DNA of 10,111 bases from Pseudobdellovibrionaceae bacterium. GTDB lineage: Bacteria > Bdellovibrionota > Bdellovibrionia > Bdellovibrionales > Bdellovibrionaceae. Position numbers and translations under genes: made by a program. Shown piece by piece: positions 1-6,785 of the stretch. Positions within the stretch are counted from its first letter, which is position 1; every line of letters begins with the position of its first letter. The notes under the pieces were generated by a model. The model saw only the letters and a program-made list of their open reading frames with translations. It was not told where the DNA came from and did no database searches. The DNA is taken from NCBI GenBank assembly GCA_041288045.1, contig JBGGMM010000071.1, positions 1 to 10,111 on the forward strand, given 5' to 3'.

Positions 1-683
1 GTCATGGCTCCTCTTTTTCCTTTGCATGTTAAGTGAAGAGATCCAGGGAAAAACTTCGCCACGTCGGCTGGATAGTGGGGATTTTGATCAGATCGAATTA
101 CAATATCATCTTCCACGAAGGGATGGATTTTTCGAAATAAATCTTTTCTGCCTAATGGTCTATGGTCTTTTCTAAATCCATATTTTTTCACTGAAATTGC
201 AGCAAGCTTTCCTTTAGCCGGCATTTTTGAGACTTCAAAGCCAAGAATTCGCCTTGTTTTTGATTCCACAGCAAGAGTGATAGAAAGAGGCTTACACTTT
301 GAGTGCTCAAAGGTTTCTAGATCATCAAACTGAATGTCGATGCACTTGGGTTGATTGAGATTGTGTGACTGAACTTGGATTTTGGCTTTTTCAGAAAGAA
401 AAAGAAATTTTCTGACAACCGTGATTCGATTGAGATTTAATATTTTAGCAGCCCTTCTTTGTGAGACACCAGAGCAGAAGAGCTTTCTGAGGATTTCATT
501 TTTATGTCGTTTGTTTTGCCGAAAGCAAGGGTCAGAAGTGGCTTGAGAAAAGCCTGCATGGCATGATTTGCAGTAAAACCTGGTAATCCACCTGCCATCT
601 GACTTTCGCCAAAATCTTCCCCGGCGAACGACATTCGGACGATTGAAGGGGTGAGGAAGGCATAAGGGGCATTTGGCACTCAT
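1..683 (-). CDS. IS1/IS1595-like DDE transposase homolog (Zn-ribbon + HTH + DDE in one ORF), 3' end outside the window
   Basis: My own translation from the ATG at 683 is open to the window edge (227 codons): MSAKCPLC...RFYCKSCHAGFSQAT (CxxC...CxxC ribbon), SGVSQRRAAKILNLNRITVVRK (HTH), IQFDDLETFEHSKCKPLSITLAVESKTRRILGFEV (first catalytic Asp strand), IRSDQNPHY (second Asp, like IS1/IS1595 'SDG..Y'). Absent from the ORF track because no stop lies in the window. Confidence 0.85.
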   Translation of the reverse strand, partial: MSAKCPLCLPHPFNRPNVVRRGRFWRKSDGRWITRFYCKSCHAGFSQATSDPCFRQNKRHKNEILRKLFCSGVSQRRAAKILNLNRITVVRKFLFLSEKAKIQVQSHNLNQPKCIDIQFDDLETFEHSKCKPLSITLAVESKTRRILGFEVSKMPAKGKLAAISVKKYGFRKDHRPLGRKDLFRKIHPFVEDDIVIRSDQNPHYPADVAKFFPGSLHLTCKGKRGAM

Positions 684-697
684 GCCCCGCCATCAGG

Positions 698-712
698 GCA
701 AGATTCTGGCCA
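698..712 (-). promoter_or_regulatory. Putative sigma-54 (-24/-12) promoter of the DDE transposase-like gene
   Basis: Minus strand TGGCCAGAATCTTGC = GG-N10-GC with TGGC and TTGC, 15 nt upstream of ATG 683. Confidence 0.65.
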
Positions 713-781
713 TGCATGAGAATGATAGACTCAGAAAGTCACCTTTCAAATGCACAGCAAGGTGGGCCAGTTTTTAATCAA

Positions 782-1141
782 TTAAAATGTCGATCCCTTG
801 CTGCGAATAGGAACTCGGTTTTGCTTGCTGAAAACCGGTTGTGGAAAGTCATCACTGGCAGCGCTTCTTTGCCAAGTGGAATCTGATTTGGGTTGCAATT
901 GTGAGGCTGGCAAACGACTGCTCTGGGCCATGCGTGGCTGGGCCTTTGCCACTGGTCGAGTGCTGATCAGCTTTTTTCGCTCGGACATGGATTTTGTTTT
1001 CTTCATCGTTTTTGAAGCAGCCGGCTGTTTCTGAGGTTTGGAAGATTTGGATTTGGCAGCAACAGCCGACGAAGCAGCAAATAGAAAAAGAAGACTCATG
1101 ACCGCCCTTAAGAAAAAAGAAGGCTTTGGATCCAACGTCAT
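782..1141 (-). CDS. Small basic, Lys/Ser/Gln-rich secreted hypothetical protein (~119 aa)
   Basis: ATG at 1141 preceded by GGGGGTGG. Hydrophobic signal-like segment FFLRAVMSLLFLFAASSAVA, then a low-complexity basic tail (AKSKSSKPQKQPAASKTMKKTK). Confidence 0.7.
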   Translation of the reverse strand: MTLDPKPSFFLRAVMSLLFLFAASSAVAAKSKSSKPQKQPAASKTMKKTKSMSERKKLISTRPVAKAQPRMAQSSRLPASQLQPKSDSTWQRSAASDDFPQPVFSKQNRVPIRSKGSTF

Positions 1142-1168
1142 AACCACCCCCAGTTCCCATTGACAGAT

Positions 1169-1183
1169 TCATGATTGATGCCG
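1169..1183 (-). promoter_or_regulatory. Degenerate sigma-54-like promoter
   Basis: Minus strand CGGCATCAATCATGA: GGCA at -24 with correct spacing but TGA instead of TGC at -12; 28 nt upstream of ATG 1141. Confidence 0.3.
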
Positions 1184-1355
1184 GCTGAGAGTGATTTTAC
1201 CAGAGTTTGAGATTGTCTCAGTGGATGAGATTTAGTGAAAATGACGGCAGGGCTTTCCTTGATGCAGAAAATTTCAGTGGAAATTCAATTAGATCGAGAG
1301 GAGCGCGGAAGGATTGGTCAATTTTACTGGGATTGACGGATCAGAATGGGACAAA

Positions 1356-1958
1356 TCAGTGCTGATAGCCCTTTGGGAATTTGTGCAAACGGGCCAAAAA
1401 ACTTTCGATGAGATTTCGATCCATCCTCGTGTCGTTGCCGCTCATCCCCTTCCACAGATTGACCGGCAATAAAAACAGGCTCGAGTAGACAGTTGAATCG
1501 GCCCTCAAGTGCAGGGGCTTTCTCATCGAAACCGAAGTGACAGAAAGGCAGCGACCTTCCTCTTGCCAATAGGGAACCAAAGTCCAAGTCAGGATTGAAG
1601 AAAATCGCCAGAAACTGCGGGCCCCAGAGGTCTCCTCTTCATTTCCATAATCGCAATCCTTGAATTCAAAATAAAATTCATAATCAGGGTTCTGGGTCTG
1701 ATTGATGGAGGCAAAAAACTGCTTTGATTCGACGAATTCTTGCATTTCAACCTGGTACGTTGACTGATGTTTCTCGGTGGCATGAGGCAATCGATTGAAA
1801 TGCAAAGTGACTTTTCTTTGTTTCCAAAAGGCACTGCCTCGTATGGCAGGAGGATCCGCTTTTGGAACAGAAACACAACTGACACACACGAAAAGAGTGA
1901 GAAGAAGAGATCTCTTTTGCATCCTCTTAACGTTGAATGATCTCTCGGAAACAGTCAA
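1356..1958 (-). CDS. Hypothetical putative lipoprotein (~200 aa; start TTG 1958 or ATG 1922)
   Basis: Basic N-terminus, hydrophobic stretch and Cys (KRSLLLTLFVCVSC), an imperfect lipobox. Internal hydrophobic patches SILTWTLVPYW and YSSLFLLPVNLW. AGGGA lies 5 nt before the TTG. Confidence 0.7.
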   Translation of the reverse strand: MTVSERSFNVKRMQKRSLLLTLFVCVSCVSVPKADPPAIRGSAFWKQRKVTLHFNRLPHATEKHQSTYQVEMQEFVESKQFFASINQTQNPDYEFYFEFKDCDYGNEEETSGARSFWRFSSILTWTLVPYWQEEGRCLSVTSVSMRKPLHLRADSTVYSSLFLLPVNLWKGMSGNDTRMDRNLIESFLARLHKFPKGYQH

Positions 1959-1963
1959 TTCAA

Positions 1964-1998
1964 TCCCTGGACGTCGAGGTCGATCTGTCCTCCAGGGA
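1964..1998. other. Intergenic inverted repeat / hairpin
   Basis: TCCCTGGA (1964-1971) and TCCAGGGA (1991-1998) are perfect reverse complements. GGAC (1969-1972) and GTCC (1987-1990) offer an alternative pairing. A T-run follows on the + strand. Confidence 0.5.
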
Positions 1999-2037
1999 GG
2001 CTCTTTTTAATTAAATATGGAATTATTTTTATTCGAC

Positions 2038-2481
2038 TTACTGCTCTAGTGTCATCGGAAGAGAATCATCGTCTGAGCGAAGCGGTTTCGGAGAAGAGGT
2101 TTTGGTGCCGGCCTCTGAGCTCTCCAGATTCTGATTGACCTTATCCACATCCGGAATTGGAAAGTTCTCTGATGTCACCTGTTTGCCTGTATCAATGATT
2201 CGAACTCGAGTTGGGGCCACGATTTTCGACTTTGATTTGGATTTTTTTGAAGATTTAGATTTCTTCGAATCCTTGTCTGAAAGATCGATCACTTCGGTGA
2301 CTTCTCCAGCTTGAATCGGAGTCTGCGCCTGTGCCAGGAGCCTTTTTTTCTTGCTGGATTTGAGATGCTGAGCTGACTTTCCCTGTTTCATGCAAGCGGC
2401 TGCCCGAGGAAGGGAAGTGAACAAAAGGGAGCTGCCAAAGAGAATCGACAGAATGTAAATAAAGGCTTTCTGAGTTTTCAT
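2038..2481 (-). CDS. Basic Lys/Ser-rich exported hypothetical protein (~147 aa)
   Basis: ATG 2481 (MKTQKAF...) has the SD AAGGGGG, so it is preferred over the track start at 2517. Hydrophobic N-terminal segment followed by the low-complexity SKKSKSSKKSKSKSK. Confidence 0.75.
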   Translation of the reverse strand: MKTQKAFIYILSILFGSSLLFTSLPRAAACMKQGKSAQHLKSSKKKRLLAQAQTPIQAGEVTEVIDLSDKDSKKSKSSKKSKSKSKIVAPTRVRIIDTGKQVTSENFPIPDVDKVNQNLESSEAGTKTSSPKPLRSDDDSLPMTLEQ

Positions 2482-2518
2482 TGGTCCCCCTTTCTTTCGT
2501 CCAGTTCTTAAATTCATC

Positions 2519-2533
2519 TCAAGAGTCGTGCCA
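2519..2533 (-). promoter_or_regulatory. Putative sigma-54 promoter (TTGA variant)
   Basis: Minus strand TGGCACGACTCTTGA: consensus TGGCACG -24 box and TTGA at -12; 38 nt upstream of ATG 2481. Confidence 0.6.
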
Positions 2534-2664
2534 AGCCTTCAGTGATTTGATTTCATTTGAGGATTTCAAAGTGAGTGAAAGCTGGTCTCTTGTCGAGACA
2601 AACAGGCCTTAAGATTCAGAAATTCCAAACAGATTCAGGGTTTTGAGAATGAATCGACCAAATC

Positions 2665-4017
2665 CTATTCAGTTGTTCTCGACCGAGGCGTCTCAGAATG
2701 AGAAAACCCCAGCTGCAGGATTTTCTGGGCAGCCTTTAGACCTGAGTCCAGGGCGCCATGCACAGTGCCTCGATGTCGATCGGGTGCAGTGGCTTCGCCT
2801 GCAAAGTACAAAGTGTCCTCGAAGGGCCTGGTCAGACGCTGAACCGCCTTCGCCCCACCCACGGTGATGTAGCTATAAGCTCCGAGAAAAAAGGGATCTC
2901 GGGACCAATTGTGAGTCATCCACCCTTGGAGCTGCTCACTGAGATAAGTGATGGACCTGCCAGTGATTTCCGAGAGGGTCATCAACGCCGTTTTGACTCT
3001 TTCTTCTTCGCTCCATAGAGACATTTCGGTGGCTTTCGGGCCCCCTTGCCAAGCGGTCAAGAGTGGAGCCCGCATGGGCATCACAGTCCACCAAGTCGGA
3101 AAATATTTATCGGGACCGGCATGGAGAAAACCAATCGGCTTCTCTGAAAGTTCCTCCCAAAAGCGATTGCGAAAATGGAAAATGAATCTTTGCACTTCGC
3201 CCATGCGCATTCCTTCCAAAGCATTTTGCAATTCTTTTGGAAATGGATCCCATTCAATGGCTGCCTTGGCGGCTTTTGGTGCCTTCAATACACCCAACGG
3301 CACAGTGACAACCACGGCTTTGGCCAGAAAAGCTGGAAGGGGAATACCAGTGTTTGTTTGTGCTTCAATGCGCACATGACCACTTCGCCAAGTGATCTTT
3401 TTGACGAGAGTTTGAAGTCTTAGAATATTCTCATCCGGCGGGAGAGAATGCACGAATCCCTGAAACAATTGATCATAGCCACCTGAAATGCGAAACATCT
3501 GTGAGCCGTTCAATGATGTTTCCTGAGTCTGTTCGGATTTCGCAAGCCCAGCTTCGCTCATCAAATGCAAATCTCCCGCATGGAAGCCTTCGACGAAAGC
3601 TTGAAAAGCCTGACGATCTTGCAAAGAAATTCTTTTTTGTGATTCTAAAAAATCTAAAACCGATCGATCCTTGCCAGGCTTTTCTTGCAAATGCCCGGTG
3701 ATTTTTTGCAGTCGTTCCCAAAAGTCGTCAAGATTTTGCAATTTTCCATCTTGATAAAAAAGGTGATTGTCACAGGCATCGTAGAATGACAGACCGAAAG
3801 TTTCAAAAGACTTCAATGTCGCTGAAGGTGCTCCATGAATAAATTCAGCTCCGAGCTCAAATGGAGTTTGAAGGCCCGAGTCGCGCCAAGTGAGGATTCT
3901 TCCACCCACTCGTGACTGAGCTTCCAAGATTAAAACTTTCAATCCACGTTTGAGAAGCTCATGAGCACAAGCAAGCCCTGAGATCCCGGCTCCAATCACA
4001 ATCACATCAGCACGCAT
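2665..4017 (-). CDS. FAD-dependent flavin monoamine oxidase family protein (Amino_oxidase, PF01593-like), ~450 aa
   Basis: N-terminal dinucleotide-binding motif VIVIGAGISGLACA...LEAQSRVGGRI, then ELGAEFIHG, VVVTVPLGVLK, WSRDPFFLGAYS, LYFAGEAT...GTVHGALDSG. SD GGGAGG 5 nt before ATG 4017. No signal peptide. Confidence 0.95.
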   Translation of the reverse strand: MRADVIVIGAGISGLACAHELLKRGLKVLILEAQSRVGGRILTWRDSGLQTPFELGAEFIHGAPSATLKSFETFGLSFYDACDNHLFYQDGKLQNLDDFWERLQKITGHLQEKPGKDRSVLDFLESQKRISLQDRQAFQAFVEGFHAGDLHLMSEAGLAKSEQTQETSLNGSQMFRISGGYDQLFQGFVHSLPPDENILRLQTLVKKITWRSGHVRIEAQTNTGIPLPAFLAKAVVVTVPLGVLKAPKAAKAAIEWDPFPKELQNALEGMRMGEVQRFIFHFRNRFWEELSEKPIGFLHAGPDKYFPTWWTVMPMRAPLLTAWQGGPKATEMSLWSEEERVKTALMTLSEITGRSITYLSEQLQGWMTHNWSRDPFFLGAYSYITVGGAKAVQRLTRPFEDTLYFAGEATAPDRHRGTVHGALDSGLKAAQKILQLGFSHSETPRSRTTE

Positions 4018-4136
4018 GAGCACCTCCCTTCATTTTCTAGCTTGAAATGAGAGGCGCTGGGATGAATGCCGGCAAGCGGTTGTGAAAATGCAATTTGAAA
4101 GTATTTTCAGACTTTGGTCGAAGTCATTTCTAGTTT

Positions 4137-4150
4137 ATGTCAGCTGACAT
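4137..4150. promoter_or_regulatory. Perfect 14-bp palindrome, possible operator
   Basis: ATGTCAGCTGACAT is its own reverse complement; it lies in AT-rich DNA 120 bp upstream of the amine oxidase start. Confidence 0.35.
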
Positions 4151-4231
4151 GTCTTATTTTGGTGATTTGTCCTCAAATTTAAACTTCTAAAAGTCTTGAT
4201 TATTTTAAATTCTTCTTTGTTCTTAATAACT

Positions 4232-4369
4232 TTGCTTCTCACTGCAGAAGCCGAAGCGGCTCAAGTCACCAGCGCATTGTCTGCCGGAGTGAGCGGATAT
4301 GTGGTGAAACCTTTCACTGCAGTGACTTTGAAGGCTCAATTGGAAAAAATCTCTGGTAAGGCCGCTTAA
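4232..4369 (+). pseudogene. C-terminal half of a CheY-like receiver domain (5'-truncated remnant)
   Basis: My translation: LLLTAEAEAAQVTSALSAGVSGYVVKPFTAVTLKAQLEKISGKAA*. It matches CheY beta4-alpha5 (TAE, AG.S.Y.VKPFT..TL..KL). The upstream in-frame sequence is non-homologous AT-rich DNA ending at TGA 4163-4165; no acidic pocket or phospho-Asp is present. Confidence 0.8.
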
Positions 4370-4377
4370 TCAGAGTC

Positions 4378-5877
4378 CTAGGGAACCACGCTGAGCTGGA
4401 GACTGGTGGAGCCCACTCCAACTGCATTTCTGCCAGTAATTTGGTAAGTCTTTGCAGCTTGCAGGGCTTTGGCAGATCCCGAAATTGTACAGCTGACCGG
4501 ATTGAAACTGATTCCATTTGGCAGTGCTAGGTTGATTGCACAAGAAGCGGGCAGACTGCCGCGGCCTCCATTGCTTCGAAGCGCTAAACTCACGCGCGCC
4601 CCTTTTTTTAACACGAAGGACTTGGCTGCATAAATCAGAACTGGCGGGGCCAGCACTCGCAATGTCAGCTTTGTTTGACTGGCTCCCACTCGATTTCTAG
4701 CAGTGATCACATAAGTTGAATATCCGCTAAGAGAAGTCGGCGTGCCACTCAGGACGCACCGATTCGAAAGCACGAGGCCCGCCGGAAGACTGTGATCAGC
4801 TCGGCAAGATTCAACTGCATTTCCTCCATAAACCGGGATCAGCGAAATCGCTGCGCCTCGCTTTAATGAGTAACTGCCTGAAGAGTAGTGTAGGCTCGGA
4901 GGCGTCATGATGCGAATGTCGACGTAGACTTTGTAAGTACCAGCAGAATTCGTGGCAGCGATTAAATAGCGAGTGGTCCCCTGATTTGTTTGTGGAATCC
5001 CGGTGATTCGGCAATTGGCGGTATCCAATTGAAGGCCCGCCGGAAGGGCCGGGCTGACTGAGCAGGTTCGAATGGGTCCTCCCGAATTTCTGATATCCAA
5101 CTGTCCCGTTAAAGCTGAATTTCTTCTAAGAACCACAGAAGAAGAGCGATAGCGGATCGAAGGGCGAGCTAAGTAGCAACCGTAAGATTCAAACTGTGGG
5201 AGATTTCTTTCACTGGAAAGTGGAGCACTCAAATCCGTGTAAATATCAAAAGTGAATTTGCCGCCATCGGTTCGAACTCCCACGGGTCCCTGGAATGGAA
5301 TATCTTGATTTTCTATCATTCCACTCCAAGCTTTCACTCCTGATGCGTAAACATTCAAAGTCTCGTTTTCATATTCAGCCTGTAGACGGTATTTTCTTCC
5401 GATTTGCAGGGCTGAAACAGTTTTACTCAGACTTGGAGTCAGATTTGTATAGCCCTCAGGCCCACACTCCGAATGGTTTTTCATTCCGTCGTTTCGCTTC
5501 AATGTCACTTTCAAAGGGCCTCCAGCGACAGGCCACATCACATAAAGAACATTGCATGAATTAGCAGCTCGAAGTTTCAAACCGATCTGACGGTGACCAT
5601 TGGGATTTGCAGCCGGGTCGTTGATTGGCGCCAGGTAGGTAAAGTCAATTCGGATTTTCTGTTCCGTCGGAGTGGTGACGACAGAGCGAGAAGTAGCGGT
5701 AGTAACCTCGATAGATTCAGCCGAATTGGTTTGAACTTGACCGTTGGTCGCACAGATCAGGTTGCGAGGAATGCGGGCCGTGAGTTGAGTCTGCGCTAGT
5801 GCTTGCTGTCCCAAAATGAGAAAACAAAGAGCTAACAGCACGAGAATAAAATTGAATTGGGTCATCGCTTTTTTCAT
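4378..5877 (-). CDS. Secreted/surface protein: N-terminal beta-sandwich (ConA/lectin-like, tentative) plus three putative Ig (He_PIG-like) repeats, ~499 aa
   Basis: Signal peptide MKKAMTQFNFILVLLALCFLILGQQALA. Three repeats with LPAGLQLDTANCRITGIP, LPAGLVLSNRCVLSGTPT and LPNGISFNPVSCTISGSA, each followed by Y.I.(A/G).N..G and each containing a Cys pair. ATG 5877 is preferred over TTG 5901. Confidence 0.85.
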   Translation of the reverse strand: MKKAMTQFNFILVLLALCFLILGQQALAQTQLTARIPRNLICATNGQVQTNSAESIEVTTATSRSVVTTPTEQKIRIDFTYLAPINDPAANPNGHRQIGLKLRAANSCNVLYVMWPVAGGPLKVTLKRNDGMKNHSECGPEGYTNLTPSLSKTVSALQIGRKYRLQAEYENETLNVYASGVKAWSGMIENQDIPFQGPVGVRTDGGKFTFDIYTDLSAPLSSERNLPQFESYGCYLARPSIRYRSSSVVLRRNSALTGQLDIRNSGGPIRTCSVSPALPAGLQLDTANCRITGIPQTNQGTTRYLIAATNSAGTYKVYVDIRIMTPPSLHYSSGSYSLKRGAAISLIPVYGGNAVESCRADHSLPAGLVLSNRCVLSGTPTSLSGYSTYVITARNRVGASQTKLTLRVLAPPVLIYAAKSFVLKKGARVSLALRSNGGRGSLPASCAINLALPNGISFNPVSCTISGSAKALQAAKTYQITGRNAVGVGSTSLQLSVVP

Positions 5878-5910
5878 GAAAATTCGCTCGCACCTTTTCA
5901 AATAGAAAAT

Positions 5911-5925
5911 GCAAGACCTTGTCCA
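5911..5925 (-). promoter_or_regulatory. Putative sigma-54 promoter
   Basis: Minus strand TGGACAAGGTCTTGC = GG-N10-GC, 34 nt upstream of ATG 5877. Confidence 0.6.
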
Positions 5926-6048
5926 GCCGAGTTGAAGTTTTTAATCATTGAGAGGCTCAGGATCTGTTCAGTGACTATCCACCTGTCGGTGAAGCTTCGA
6001 CACCATTCGGAGACAAGAGAGTTGTCAATTTCTTAGACAGCTCGATTT

Positions 6049-6666
6049 TTATCGAGCCTCATAGCGATGAGAGATTTCCTCGCCTGTTTTGATGTCGGTT
6101 CCGCGGAGCGTGACTGCGATGAGTTTGTGAAATGGGGGCACGATGGTTTTTTTAGATTCCGAGTAAATGCTTTCCAGGTTGATCGTTGCGTTTTGATCAG
6201 AAGGGCCAAGAGTCATCAAAGCTTCGACTTTGCAATCGCCATCAGCCTCTTTTTCAGCTTCTGCGCGAATATCCAGATGAGGATCGGCAATGTCGTTTTT
6301 GACTTCGGAAAGATCGTTGATTTTGACTGAAAATCGGTCTGGGTCTTTGCTCGATACTAATGACAGTCGCTCTCGGATTTCATTTTTTATCATCTGATGA
6401 ACAGGTTTGTAATTCTTGCGATCCATTTTCCAATAAAATTCAAAGACGGGCTGTTTGCCTTTCTTGATGAAATGGCAATTCGAATCCACTTGGGTGTAAA
6501 TCACCATGATGTTTTGAGGATTTTGATTTTTTTCCAGCAGAAAAAGTTGGTGGTGGAGACCGACTTCTCCAAAAGAAGGAATTTCCTGAGCCCCAGCTAA
6601 GAGTGAACTGGTGAACCCAGCCAAAAAGAGTCCAAAAGAAGTCCATTTCCTTTTGCCATTAGACAT
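6049..6666 (-). CDS. Secreted DUF4833-like protein (~205 aa)
   Basis: ATG 6666 has the SD AAGGAG (the track start at 6792 overlaps the opposite gene). Signal peptide MSNGKRKWTSFGLFLAGFTSSLLAGA. Motifs LFLLEKNQNPQNIMV, PVFEFYW and LESIY...VTLRGTDIKTGEEIS resemble DUF4833 as I recall it; not verified by search. Confidence 0.65.
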   Translation of the reverse strand: MSNGKRKWTSFGLFLAGFTSSLLAGAQEIPSFGEVGLHHQLFLLEKNQNPQNIMVIYTQVDSNCHFIKKGKQPVFEFYWKMDRKNYKPVHQMIKNEIRERLSLVSSKDPDRFSVKINDLSEVKNDIADPHLDIRAEAEKEADGDCKVEALMTLGPSDQNATINLESIYSESKKTIVPPFHKLIAVTLRGTDIKTGEEISHRYEAR

Positions 6667-6710
6667 CGAAATCTCCTTTGTCAATTTCACACCTTGTTTC
6701 ATTACCATTG

Positions 6711-6725
6711 GCAAATTTGAAGCCA
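6711..6725 (-). promoter_or_regulatory. Putative sigma-54 promoter for the DUF4833-like gene
   Basis: Minus strand TGGCTTCAAATTTGC = GG-N10-GC with TTGC, 45 nt upstream of ATG 6666. Confidence 0.6.
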
Positions 6726-6739
6726 AGCTGGGATTGATT

Positions 6740-6754
6740 TGGTACTCAACCTGC
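6740..6754 (+). promoter_or_regulatory. Putative sigma-54 promoter for the copper amine oxidase-like gene
   Basis: TGGTACTCAACCTGC(A) = GG-N10-GC, 32 nt upstream of GTG 6786. Confidence 0.6.
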
Positions 6755-6785
6755 AGTTTCAGCTCGAAGACCTCAAGGAGGAATC

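Noticed and set aside
1..14. Apparent SD (GAGGAG) plus ATG at 5 on the minus strand suggesting a new gene start
   Set aside because: It is in frame with, and internal to, the transposase-like ORF (…KGKRGAMT).
437..717. Track ORFs 437..679 and 532..717
   Set aside because: Alternative frames overlapping the real transposase-like ORF; no recognisable motifs.
740..764. CACCTT…AAGGTG inverted repeat upstream of the transposase, as a possible IS end or terminator
   Set aside because: Only a 6-bp stem with a 13-nt loop, and the partner end is outside the window; not supportable.
1270..1285. AATTTC-agtg-GAAATT dyad
   Set aside because: A short AT-rich palindrome, easily explained by chance; single occurrence.
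798..2010. Track ORFs 798..1034, 852..1172, 1324..1587, 1589..1885 and 1795..2010
   Set aside because: Shadow or alternate-frame ORFs over better-supported genes that have signal peptides and SDs.
2643..5914. Short ORFs nested in or antisense to the FAD oxidase and Ig-repeat genes
   Set aside because: No independent coding evidence; they overlap confident CDSs.
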